A program made the translations under genes and the position numbers. From NCBI GenBank assembly GCA_012295275.1, contig CM022670.1, positions 33,046,001-33,110,000 of the forward strand: a DNA stretch of 64,000 nt, given 5' to 3'. This stretch comes from Chrysomallon squamiferum (Eukaryota > Animalia > Mollusca). Below, piece after piece: positions 1 to 13,553 of the stretch. The notes beneath the pieces were generated by a model. It did no database searches, was not told where the DNA came from, and saw only the letters and a program-made list of their open reading frames with translations. Positions within the stretch are counted from its first letter, which is position 1; each line of letters begins with the position of its first letter.

Positions 1-737
1 GGGTTATTTAAATTCTATTATGACTGTTATCATAATGTGTAAAATACTTTTAGGATCACGATTAGAAGTAGTTTTAGCATATGAATTAAGGTTGGGGCTT
101 TGGGGGTAGCATTATGTTTAGGAATTAGGCTAGGGTTAGGGGTAGGTTAGGGTTAGGGTTAGGGTTAGGGTTAGGATTATTTAAAGTTTATTATGAGTCT
201 TATAATCTGCAAAACTGTTTTATCATGAGGATTAGTACTAGTTTTAGCATTAGAATAAAGTTTAACGACTTCGTTAGTGTTACGTTTAGAGTTAGGGATA
301 GATTTTGGGTTAGGGTTAGAGTTAGGGTTAGTTTAGGGTTTAGGGTTTTAGGTTTTAAGTTTAGGGTTTAGGGTTAGGTTAGGTTGGGTTAGAGTTAGGG
401 TTTGTCGGGTTATTCAGGGTTTGTTTCAAGATTAGTGTTAGGTTAAGGTTAGGGTTAGGTTAGGGTAGGATTATGTTAGGGTTAGGTTTAGGCTAGGGTT
501 AGGTTTATGGTTTAGGGTTTAGGGTTAGGTTAAGAATGGGGTTAGGGTTTGTCGGGTTAGTCAGGGGATTAGGGTTAGGGTAGGATTATTCTTAGGGTTA
601 GGTTTTCAGGGTTAGGTTTAGGTTCAGGTTAGGTTTTATCAGTGTTAGGTTTAGGTTAGTTAGGTTAGGGTTTCAGGGTTAGTTAGGGTTAGTTTTAGTC
701 AGGGTTAGAGTTAGTCAGGGTTAGTTTGGGTTAGGGT

Positions 738-740
<3 letters not shown>
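1..740 (+). repeat. Degenerate telomere-like (TTAGGG)n satellite, interstitial orientation
   Basis: Many TTAGGG/TTAGG/TTTAGGG variants; perfect (TTAGGG)4 at 147-170; two related AT-rich blocks (starting about 5 and about 178) are interleaved with them. Confidence 0.85.

Positions 741-825
<85 letters not shown>
741..825. repeat. (GA)n microsatellite
   Basis: Pure dinucleotide run directly abutting the TTAGGG block. Confidence 0.97.
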
Positions 826-829
<4 letters not shown>

Positions 830-1267
830 ACTGAACAGTGTAAAAGCGACGCTTTGATGTCATTTTTAAGGAAACAGAAACATTTGGTATTCCTCTCGGA
901 TTGTTAGCTGAGTAAAATTGATAGCTTCTGGATCGATTATGGTTACAAGTGATAACCCAAATGAATCAACTACAGATGATTTTATATATATATATATATA
1001 TATATATAATGTTTACGTTGATTTCACACACACTCAAAAACACACACAACAAAAATGTTTCTAGGATAGAGAAATTCCTGTCATATCTTCGTCTAAAAAA
1101 ATAAGGCGTAAACACACACAAAATAATAATAAAACTAATGTGCTCTAAGATGTTTCTCCTTTGGAAAGAAAACCGTAAAGAAAGAAAGTAAGAAAAAAGA
1201 AAGAAAGAAAAAGAAAAACACAAAATAAATACTAAAATTTTAAAAAAAAAGTAACAAATGAAAAACT

Positions 1268-1558
1268 TTAAATCTGAACATAAGAATAAAATTTGACATT
1301 TTGGGGCACGTCGTCTAAAACGTTTCTGAAATGTTTTCTATTTTCGTTGAAACAACTTTTTTTTTTTCGAAACCGAATTGGATATTTGTCGGCCTGTGTT
1401 CTAAGACGCTTCACAAATGTTTTTGGCATCAGTGGATTCCACGATAGATCTAGCAGCAACTCATGCATGATGATTTTATTATGTCTTTTTTCCCCAACGA
1501 AATCACGAGAATAAACGGCAGTGTGCTCTTCGATAATTCTTACGTCCTCATTTGACAT
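1268..1558 (-). CDS. Possible orphan small protein (96 aa)
   Basis: ATG-initiated, non-repetitive ORF in a locally GC/CpG-richer island; no recognisable domain. Confidence 0.2.
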   Translation of the reverse strand: MSNEDVRIIEEHTAVYSRDFVGEKRHNKIIMHELLLDLSWNPLMPKTFVKRLRTQADKYPIRFRKKKSCFNENRKHFRNVLDDVPQNVKFYSYVQI

Positions 1559-1876
1559 TAGATGGTATCTCTTTTGTCATGTCTTGCTATTGTTCGCCTT
1601 CTAGAATTGTTATGTTTTAATATTTGAAAAAAAAAAAAGAAAAAAGATATATACTATTCACTTTAAAAGAGTAGTCAGCATTGCTTACATACATTAATTG
1701 AAAGATGTGACACATCTAGGTACATTGCTAGATTACAAATAAAGACGAAACGTTAATATAAAAGCGAACAACTACATCACTATCATCACCATAACAGACA
1801 CAGCAACAAAAATAAAACAACAACCATCAACAGCTACTACTACTACTACTACTAATAATAATTATAATGTCACTAT

Positions 1877-1911
<35 letters not shown>

Positions 1912-2612
1912 ATAATAATAATAATAGACAAAAACAAACAAAAATCAATCCAGCAAACAACAAATTATTTCAATTCTTCTTGCTAAAACTACTCGCTGAG
2001 ATTTTCATAGATTTAAGAATTTATCACCAGCTCTGTGATAACATACTGAAGGCGAGAACACTTGGGAATATTACTTTTAAATGGATTCGAGTTGTCAGAC
2101 TAAGAACGCGGGGGTAATCAGTCTTCGTAATCCATTTCATGTTCCATTCGTCTGTAGAGGGAATACAAAGCAGAAATTTGAACGCTTGTTGGTTTTTTCA
2201 TTTCCCTTTTTTTCTTCTTCTTCTTCTTCTTCTTCTGTTTCTCTTGGTTAATGTGGAAGTCTTGCAGAGACAATTCTGAGCAAAAAAAGCTAGCACAGTA
2301 GAGAGCTTGTTGTATTCAGTTTAATGGTCAAAATAAAGAGTCGCATTACTTCTATTTTTAGCCTTGTTTATCAAAGACAGTGGTATATGCTTGTTTGCAT
2401 GCTTATTTGAAGATGGATATAAAAAAATCATTACAAGTGGCAAAATGAATTATTTTTATCGTAATATAACATTGTATAATAATAATGATGATGACGGTCA
2501 TGATTCAGTAACAATAATAACAGCAACAAGAAGAAGAAGAAGAATTATAATAATAAACATCGAATAAAATCAACAATAAATGTTTTAAACTTGATAACCA
2601 GTCCAGGTGTTT

Positions 2613-2781
<169 letters not shown>

Positions 2782-3950
2782 ATTTCTAGGTACAAAATTG
2801 TGCACGTAAGAGAATCTTTTATCCACGAATGAAATCTGACATACGATCCCTGCTGTCTTCCACTTTCACTGACTGCTCAATGCTTCTATCGACTGCTCTT
2901 GTTCGTGTTTTGTAAAGAGGTATTAGGTTACTATACACACCTGCTACTACCGATTACTAACTCAATTTTTATACAGAACGTAATTTCAGTCAGGTAACCA
3001 AATCTGATTTGTGTCTGACTGTAATAACTATTATAAAATACTACACTGTATACAAATTATTAAATAATTTTCCGATACAGTTATTTATTATTGTGTTTAC
3101 GCTTACCATGTCAAAAAGCACGTACAGAATTCAAAATTAGCAAGGATTCGTGGATCCTCTTGTTCATAATTTTAAGTTTCCTTAACTATTCCATTTTTCC
3201 ATTTTGACTGGTTCTTGATTTTGCCATAATTATGGACAAATGAACACTACTGTTGAATATTATATGTTTAAAATATTTGTACTCCTGATTACGAGGGATG
3301 AGTATAGTTTACTGAACATATAACGCATGCGCGTATTCTCTCATAGACAAGAATGATCAACTGGTGCAACTGGGGTGAATCGCCATATATCTGATGACTA
3401 AAACATCCACTGAGCTACAGTCCATTCTTGAATTCTAGGCATTTTACAGTGCTTGTAGCAGTAAATATTTTTTCTTCTTTTTTTTTTTTTTTTTTTTAAA
3501 TTTACAATTTTTAAATTTATTTTGATTTCTCTTCATGTATTTGTGTGCCATATTTTTTTTTTTTTTTTAAATATTAGAATAAATTATTATTTTGTAATCG
3601 ATAGTAGCAAGAAAGACGCCACATTAAAATGATATATAGGTAATTTGAGGTCTAATTCGAAGAAGATGTGAAGGTTACAAATAAATTGTGTTGATTAATA
3701 GATGTTTATTGGTTACTCATAACTTTAGGATAACTGTGATTTATGTATAAACAGTTCTAATTAATAGAATCATAGTGACACTTTATGATTTATAAGCAAT
3801 TACAGAGAAAATATGAAGCGAACTTGTCTCAAAAAATAAAAATAAAATAAAAAATGATTGAGAGAAATCGAAATATTCACAGCAATAAGGATCGACATTA
3901 TATAATAATAATATCAATAATTATAATGGTAATGATGAAGATGATAATGA

Positions 3951-4016
<66 letters not shown>
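3951..4016. repeat. (AAT)n microsatellite
   Basis: Pure trinucleotide run. Confidence 0.95.
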
Positions 4017-4018
<2 letters not shown>

Positions 4019-5263
4019 CAGCTAATTTTGACAACATTTCATATGTCATCATATTATAAATTAAGATCAGTGTGTTTATATTCGAGGCTAATTCGTAGGA
4101 TAAATACTCCTAAAATCGATATATCTGGAAAAACATCCAAATAATTGATGTTTTAAGCAACGCATTTTAAACTCGCCTTATCGCTGCTGGAATGGCAAGC
4201 ATGCAAGGTGGTGCGACAAAGTTGCAGCCTACTCAATCACTTTTAATTATTTTTCATCGAACGGTAAATAAACGATATATCGGCTATTTAATTTATTTTT
4301 CTGGATAAACCAAAATTACGGGACCAAGGATCTGAACATGAAACAGAATCGTCAATCTCGGACCAACATTCTTTAGCAGCAAGCCAGAAAATGAAGCGCT
4401 TTTAAATACACTGCGTGTGGTATTCTGTGATGCGACCTAACCTACATCTTACCAGTCTTATCATGATATTCTTTGCAGCTTCATCCTTTTTCTGAAAGTC
4501 CTGGACTCGTCTGACTGCAGTTTCAGACGGTCAGACACGATGCACAAATAAAGCAAATGAAATAAATATTTTAAAGACATCTAGGTGATCCTTCGAAAGT
4601 CAAAGAACGAACTCCTTAAGGCAGAAAAATATATGGGCAATATACTTATTAATCATTAGTTTCATCTAAAAGCATCAATTCTTAACATTTTTATCGCGTT
4701 TGGAAATACAAGTGAGGCACATTGTGTGTATGTATGTATGTTTGTATGTATGTATGTATGTACGTATATGTATGTATGTTTAGCATAATTTAATATGGTA
4801 TGGCATATGTATATGTATACACATACGCCCACAAACATACACGATTACTTACACACATACAGTAAACCCTTTTCTGCTAAACAGAAATTGCATATGCACT
4901 GTTATTCAACAGTTGTTTTTAACAGCTGCTACTGAAAGATACCAGAATTTTAAAAACTTACATTTATTCTGTAATATTCCCAACATGTATTGGCAGTTAC
5001 ATTGTCAGTTTACTATCAGGTTAAATATAAAAATATCACATTTTTTAATATGTAGTTTATATTACAAAATATTTAAACAGTATTTTATTAGTATGATATG
5101 TAACATGAATAACGTAGCTACAATTTTCAAAAATATATGCAGTTACAGCACAGGTAAGTACTGAAAGTAATTTACACTCAAGCACACACACACTGAGGTA
5201 ACCCTGGATTTATTTCTGTCATTAGAATATATGCTTTGAAACCTTGAAATAAATAAATAAATA

Positions 5264-5267
<4 letters not shown>

Positions 5268-5324
<57 letters not shown>

Positions 5325-5335
5325 ACACACACACA
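5268..5335. repeat. (CA)n microsatellite
   Basis: Near-pure dinucleotide run. Confidence 0.95.
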
Positions 5336-6233
5336 TATACAAAGGTACGTTTTTCTATGTAGATATTAATGTGTGTGTTCACTATCATAAAGTGTTATTT
5401 TTGTTTGTGACAAATAAGACTGCTACAATAGCTTGCTTTTATAATTGTAACCTTCTGATGACATTGCAGCAGTATTGTCTGAAAGACGTTTGTAGAATTT
5501 TCTAATGGACAGTTCATCGAAGACTAAAGAAATCTTTGTCGTTTGTTTACTGAACATTGGATAAACGTGTTTATTAACATGCATCGCGTTCCCTAAAGAC
5601 CTTTCCATTCTGAACGCAGATCTCTAACAATGACTTCTGCCCACTCTTCGCGTACCATTGTAAACTGCATTCGCCATCATTTTATTGGAATATGATTGTT
5701 CTGTCTCAGACTGGCGATTGTTTTTCTTTTCCTGCGCAGCAATTCTAATTGCCTTAGCCTTCAGTCTGTCTTTTCAAACACACCTACATAATGTTTGTTT
5801 TGCGCAGACAATCAAAGGTGCATAGGAGTTGGAGTGACTAATGACAATGGTATTTTATTACAGATTTTTCTCCGATATCCTTTCAGAAACAAAAGGAACT
5901 AAAATTAACCCCTTAAGGGCAAAAGAAACATATACATAGTAAAAGCACTAATAAAAAAGCTTTAAAGAGAAAAGAATTTACACGACACAAAATAATATAC
6001 TATGCTTATCTTTGTGTAATATAAATAATTTACACGAGCAATGCAAAACAGAAGTACAAACAGCTAAATAATTCTTTGTTCTTGAAGTGACAAAATATTT
6101 AAGCAGTTGTTTAAATCTAATGGAATGCTACCATTGCAATAAAGTTGATGTTGCTACTAATATAGCGATGACTGCTGTTACATGTACGTATTAGTAATAC
6201 ATGTTTTCTCACTTCTACTACAAAACTATTGTG

Positions 6234-6246
6234 GTAGTAGTATTAA

Positions 6247-6295
<49 letters not shown>

Positions 6296-6345
6296 TGTTG
6301 TTGTTGTTGTTGTTGTATAAGTACTAGCAGCAGCAGCAGTAGTAA
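6234..6345. repeat. Compound (AGT)n/(GTT)n/(AGC)n microsatellite
   Basis: Adjacent trinucleotide runs. Confidence 0.9.
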
Positions 6346-7311
6346 TGACACTATTTCCTTTACTGCTACCATTATTGCCTATTTCATCACTTACACTACT
6401 TTGTTTCACCTATCATTGTTTTAAGCCCAACTGTATTATTAATATTATTATTATTGTCATTGGTGTTGCTGTTGTTGTATTATTATTTTATTTTACAAAT
6501 GTTAAAAGAAATTATACTGTAAGACACTGGTTTGCCTGGCTATCTGCTTGCGTTCATATTTTATTCTGAGTCAATAACAAATTGAGTCATGACTTTCGTG
6601 TTCTGAGAAATTATCAGATATTAATAGCAGACTGGTGGATCTCGGACGCTTTTTATTGATATATCTACTGAAACCATAAAGAAAAGAAAGAATCGAAAAT
6701 ACGTCATTGATTTCATACCTTGATCTTTGTCTGCTGTTGGAAGCGCTAACAGACAAAAAAAAAAATCTTTGTTACGTCAAAGACTTGTCATCTACTTTCC
6801 AATAGTCAATTTTCCTTTTTATGTCGCAAAATAAGTTTCAAGCGTTAAACGTTAAGTACTAAAATAAGGTGGTTCAGCAATAAGCTGGAGTTCATAAACT
6901 ATCAACTGACGTCAGATTCTAAATACAGTGAATGAAATATTTGTGTTAACATCAGTTAACATGATAGCACACACCTGGATATTTGTTAAGGTATGAGAGA
7001 AGTCGAGAAGGATAAAAAAAAAAAAAAAAATGTAAAAAAAAACCGCGTGATCAAAGCTATTGCACGATTTGGATCTTTGGATGTTTCATCGTGAGTATAT
7101 CCTGTATCTTGATTTCATTACAAATTGATTAGAGATAAAGAATTTTTCTATCCAACCATACACTTTCCGGATTTTCTTTTTAATATCGTTTGAAGAACGA
7201 AGCGGCCTTGTAACAACCATCAGTCCAACAAAAGAAAACATTATCATAAAAATGACCGGAGGCGAAATATACCTACAGCAAACTTGTAGGCCATCATTTA
7301 CTTCTGTAAAG

Positions 7312-7762
7312 TGACGTCATGCCAACCTTGTGCTTGCATGCACGCTGGTCTTCCATCATATAATGTCTGTATTGATTCGACCACTGTGCAGTAATAACAA
7401 GTATCACTGACTGTGTCGATGGCTGACAGCGTGTTTCTCAAAGGATGAATCATTCGCTGGCTCGACGACATATAGAATTCATATTTGTTTGTTGTCTACG
7501 TAACGCCACTTGTGTGCTGGAGCCGACTCGGTCCTAATGAAAGGTCACAAACACTAGAACACGAGGAAGGTCAGACTTGTAAAATCGATTTACCTCTCTT
7601 GCCGTTTTCATGACGTTACTCTTAAGACTCTTACCACAGTGCTAGCTCATTTTGCTTTTGGACACTGTCTGTAAATACATATATAATATATATTTATTTA
7701 TTTATTTTACTACTGGGAAAGACAGACAGCTATTTGAATGGCACCAAAGGAAGATCTCAAAG
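7312..7762 (+). promoter_or_regulatory. Candidate distal promoter and first exon (possibly of the RhoGAP100F gene)
   Basis: Palindromic CRE TGACGTCA at 7312-7319, Inr-like TCATTC near 7450, CpG-rich stretch, strong donor AAG|GTAAGA after 7762. Confidence 0.35.
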
Positions 7763-8849
7763 GTAAGATCTTTTTCTTCTCTCCGTTATCACACTTTTAC
7801 TGACACTAAACATGCAACAGAGAAAAATTAAATAACAGTATTGACCTCTGAAAGATGCTTTTAACAGTTTTATCCATTTTTGGGTTAACATTCGTCTTAC
7901 TGGTAAATTATAGATAAAACGTGTACGAAAAAAACTTATCTAAACCTTTCAGTGTAATTAGCATTTATAAACTGGCTCAATTTTTTACTTCGTCAATTTC
8001 TGTTCAATATATAGCACCATTTTTCTTCTGTAGTTTTCATTCTATATATCATTTGTGATCGCACGAGATGAAACCAGACTGCCCGTGACTTCCATTAATG
8101 TTTAATGATTTCCAATGATTAAGGTTTTTCCTGCACAGATCTGTAGTGGCTGGCGTATCATCAGAAAATTGTGTGTGGAATATACATTTTTCAAACCAGC
8201 GGCATCGATCTATCAATAATTGACAGTAGAATAAATTTAATGTATTTACCTTTCTGGTTATTGTTCCTGACTTTGATAGAATTATGTTGATTAATCTTAC
8301 GTAATAGGATATATTAAATTTAGGAATAAAGGAAATTCAATTTAGGTTTAATAGAAAATAAATACAATTCGTATTGTTGATGTGTATTTTAATAATTTGG
8401 TGTACCTTATTACAGTTTTGGAAAAACTAAAGTAAAATATTCAATGAATAATGTCCAGATCAATTACTTAAATTTTTCTCATGTTTTTAATATTTTTTTT
8501 TTTTTTTTTTAAATAAAAAAAAAAAAATAAAAAAAAAAAAAAATAATAATAATCCGCGTTTGCTACATGTGTGTGTGTGTCATTTTTTTTTTTTTTTTAA
8601 ATGAATATGTTTGTGCGTGCGTACATTTGTGCATTTGTGAATGTGAGGATTTATTCGTATGTTAGTGTGTGTGTATTTGTGTGAGTATGCGTAAGTGTGT
8701 AAGAGAGTACAATGCGTGTTTATGCTCGTTCTTGTTTTTGAATTTAGAATATGTCTTTGTGTGTTTGTGAGTGTGTGTGTGTATGTATGCTGGTGTGTTT
8801 GAATTTAGAAAATATATCTGTATGTGTGTGTTTGAATTTAGAATATGTA

Positions 8850-8893
<44 letters not shown>

Positions 8894-9865
8894 ATAAGAA
8901 TGCAACCAGTAATTTGTACTTTGTCAGTGAAGCAAATCAATGTAATATTTATATTCTAGACTTATATTAAAATACATTCTATTTTACTTTTTGTTATCTC
9001 GACTCACACACACGTAATATCTCGTTCTAAGTTCAGAAATCGATTAGCATATTGGTCAATGGCCGTGTACAAAACGTCATCTTCCAAATCTCCTAGGCGC
9101 CTCACAGACAGTCTTGGAAGACATCTGGAAAGCTTTGCTAATTGGGAATAATAGTTCTTTAAAAGACAATTACAGCACTAAAAAGACTTCTTCATGAACG
9201 CCATGTGTCAAGGTTTCTTTTTCGGTATGTGTATTTTGAACAGCTCTCTGAAGTAAGGTCTGTTGTCTGTTGTCTGAAGGGAAAGGGTGATGGGGATAAA
9301 GAGATAGGGAAGGAAAGAAATACCAAGATGATACAATATTCATTACATATACACTCTTAACATATGGAGAAGAAAATTGTAAGTATATCTCCAGATGTTA
9401 ATAATAATACTGACGCGTTATATTCCGTACGTTTTGGTAAGAATCCAGACCATTCATGATTGTATTGTAGTATAACATGATCAGTTCGCTAAAAACATCA
9501 ATGAAGCTGATATATTTATTTTAAATTTATATTTTAGTTATTTTGCTTTTATCTGACAGTTACAAATAATATAGAGTTTTAAATAAAAATTAAAACCTGA
9601 CTTTAAAATACGTATATATTGTATAACTTTCCGAAAACTTAACTTTCGTTAACTATCAGTTTTGTTATTGGTTATTCGCATTTTTTTGTATGGTGATATG
9701 TATATAATTATGTTATATTCTGAGTGAATTGTAAGTAGGCCAATGCACAAATTGTGTGTATATGAGTGGATGTGTGAGTTTTTAGTATATTTATTCTTTG
9801 TGTTTTAGGATGGATAAAAGAGGCAGGATTTAAAAAAATATACACAGTAAACGATTATTTACATA

Positions 9866-9903
<38 letters not shown>

Positions 9904-10372
9904 AAGAGCAGCGGAAAGTGTATTTTAAATAGTTTTAGTTATTAGAGAAAGCAAAGAATTTAGTTAGTTTAATTTCAGAAAAAAAATAAGAAATAATATA
10001 CAAACGAATGTTTCCATTTCCAGTTAAATAAATACGTTGACACTAATTTTATTTCAGCTCCAGAGAATTAAAGAATAAATAAATAACCAAGAACATGAAT
10101 GTTTCAATGTTTGTGTAAAATCAATGAAAGCTGATGTTATTAACATATACCCAGTTGTGCGTGGAACAATGGTGACTGTACATGCTTTCAGTAACAGGTG
10201 ATGTTATGTAGTAATTATGATTAACTACATTCGTTCACAGTCTTCGATCAGAAACTCAGTCAAGTGAATTTGTGTTATTAGTAGTTAGGAGTAAATATCC
10301 GGACCTTCCTACACACTCTGATTTTTTAGATTAGAAAAAACTCCTGACTTATTGTATGTGTATACATACATT

Positions 10373-10403
<31 letters not shown>

Positions 10404-11622
10404 GTGTGTGTGTGTGTGTGTGTGTGTTCCTTTACCCTTTTTTATGAGACAACTCAACATCAAAAGAAATTTATTTTATGAAAAAGACTGACATTTATTT
10501 TTTGTTAGAGACAGAAATCCTTTGGAAGTTGGATTAGGCTCTGTGTGAGGAAGCCAACAGCCGCCATTTTGGCTACTCCCACTGGTTGTTAATAAAGCTT
10601 CATTTAACGAGTAAATGGTAGTCAGATTCCACGTGAAATTATGGACACTCAAAGAAATTTTTGTTCTGAAGAATTCCCATTGTTTTCGGGTCAAAATGAC
10701 CCCTTTCTTCTAAACATCTTCAGAGTGAAAAGGTATATTCTCCTTTCATCTCGAAATAACCTTAAGGATTCCCACTGCCATTTGCGGCATAATTTGATGA
10801 CATTGTTAACAATTAAGATGTGATGAAAGTTCAAGTGCGCTGTGCGGGCATATAATCGAGAACAAACGATAGCGTGTTTTGTGACAGAGGAAACTTCAAA
10901 GACTACTCACTGCGATTGTAAAAATATTTAGAAATATATTTAATATCATTGTTAGTAATTTTTTGTCAGTATAATTTGTTTAAATGTTTTTGACACATAT
11001 ATCAAACAGCGATATGTACCGGTATTAATTCCAAGACTATTGACATGATTATGGTTATTCAAATAAATTCCAGGTATTTTTCTCTGGGTGTGCAGTCTAA
11101 AACACTGGGTTACTAGGCTTTGAAATAACTGAAGTAAATTTGAAAACAATTGTTGAATCGGCCTTACATTTTCTGTTATAGCTCTCAATTGAAACGTTAT
11201 CCCTGAATCTATCAACCTAAAGCCCATTGGCATGGCAACTGAGTCACAAGGGACAGCAAGCGAACGCGCAGCAACCAAACAAAGCAACAATTATAGAAGT
11301 CCTCGTTTTCTTTTTCTCTAATTCTATTCCGCTCTTTGCTTGAGGCGTAGTGTACTCAAATTGTAAGTAACGTCGTTCTGGGTATTCTATTAAAATCAAA
11401 ACCTTAATGACAACGTGCGTCCTGTCGGGTGCTGTTACTTTTAAAATTAACAACAAAAATAATGGACATGAACGTTGTAAACAATAGTACTGTACATGAG
11501 AAAGAATAATTCATTTTTAAAAAAACCCATTGGATTGGACGGTCATCTCAACAGGTGTATTTGGTGGCTGAAGCTACTGTCCAGAAAGCAACTCGGTCAT
11601 TACCGAGCATCGGCATTCCAAG

Positions 11623-11665
<43 letters not shown>

Positions 11666-13457
11666 AAACAATCGATGAAACCTCTTGAAAAGCTTTAATT
11701 AAATAGTCTGCAAGATATGCAGCCTAATCGCAGGAAAAATAATGATGGTCAACTCTCGACGGGTTTCCAGATACGAAGTGAGTAATCGGTTATTCCATGT
11801 TGGTTCCGAGACGAGATGAGAGAAAAAGGGGAAAATCGTTATTTGCAATCTTAGGTGAAATGACATTTCGTCAAGTTTCCTTCAGTGGTCAGTCGGTCAC
11901 ATAATCATCAGCTCTTTAATTGCCTGACTGGCTTCGCAGGAGAAGATAACCTCCAGCTTGTCTGTAATCTTTCTCTATCACAAATGATTTTTGTTTTTAT
12001 TAATTTATATGTGAGTATATATATATATATGATTTTATAAATTGGTATTTTCGAAGATATGCTTACAGTTGGAGAGTTAATGAACGTATATGAAAAAAAA
12101 AATAATAATAATAAAAACCTACACATCGATACAAAACAATATTATGGTCAAATTAAGAACTTGCAGCATGTTGATTTTAGTTATCTTGTTTAGTTATGTC
12201 TTTTTATCATAGCGTTCAAAATCTTTTGACACACTAATGCGATCAGATCGGAAACAGGTCTTCTTGCAAGAAATTGGGCTTCCTAAGTATTTCATGAGTT
12301 CAAGAGAGTTTTCTTGGGGATTTTTTTTCAGCAAGGCCAAAGAATATGTTGTTGCCTTTGACTACCAAGCACATTACTGCGACTTATTGTCAAAGATCAT
12401 GTCATCATGATTAGTGATAACAATAGAAAGGTTTTCCCTTTCAACTCCTGATCGTGTTTTGCAATCTGACAGCTGTCAGAAGAAGCATGTGATGCAAATA
12501 GGTTATATGCTTTCAAAATAATGTGAAACCGACGAAAAAATACAGTAACAATGATAATTCAGCCGTATCAGAAAACTGAACGATCTTTTGGTATTTCAGT
12601 ATTGTTTAGTGTTGTGACAAATTAAATAAAATGCAGATGACGTATGTTTTCTGTTTAGAATCAGCTAAAAAATGTAATCATAATTCTAAGAATATTAATT
12701 TTATTTAATTAGAAATTAATAATAATGATGGTAATAATAATAGTAGTAGTAGTAGAAGTAGTAGCAGTAGTAGTAGTAGTAGGAGTAGTAGTAGTAGCAG
12801 CAGTAGTAGTAGTAGTAGTAATAAATAAATAAATAAAAGCATTTAGGAGCACATCTCTCATTACCTTTCACTTTATGTGTAATACCAAGTTTATAGATAG
12901 CTAGTTTTATCTGAACTGTTTAAAGAAAATGAAAAGAAGACCCACAGTCACGGACAGAGTTAAGAACCCTGACCCTGAAACTCTCGTGTCGACAGTAAGA
13001 ACAACCAGACATTTTTAACACGTAATAAAATTGTCAGACACTCCTTCGAGTGTCTGTTAGTGCGGTCGACGTTAAATGTCAGGATTGGAACACAAGTTTC
13101 TTTCAGTTATTTATTTAGTTGTTTTATATTTTTTTGCTGTTGTTTTGTTTTGTCTGTAGCTTGCCAGTTTTGATCTTCTTGATTTATTTATTACCTATCA
13201 TTTGCAGTGTAAGAATTAGGTAATGTATAAATTCCGTGTCAAAAGAAATTTCTTATGGTTGTGTCAAAAAGATTTTTCCTTTTGTTCTAGTTTAGATGAT
13301 ACAATTATCAGATGACTACTGAATATCACAGATTAATTATTTATTGTCACCTCATACAGTATACCTTTTCTGTGTTCGGAGTTGCAGAGAAACAGAAACA
13401 GAAAAAGTAAGAAGGACAGTGGTATATAAAGAAAATAAGAGACAGAAACAGAGACAG

Positions 13458-13461
<4 letters not shown>

Positions 13462-13550
<89 letters not shown>
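13462..13550. repeat. (GA)n microsatellite
   Basis: Pure dinucleotide run. Confidence 0.97.

Positions 13551-13553
<3 letters not shown>

Noticed and set aside
1-740. True chromosome-end telomere
   Set aside because: Wrong strand orientation for a left end, and highly degenerate
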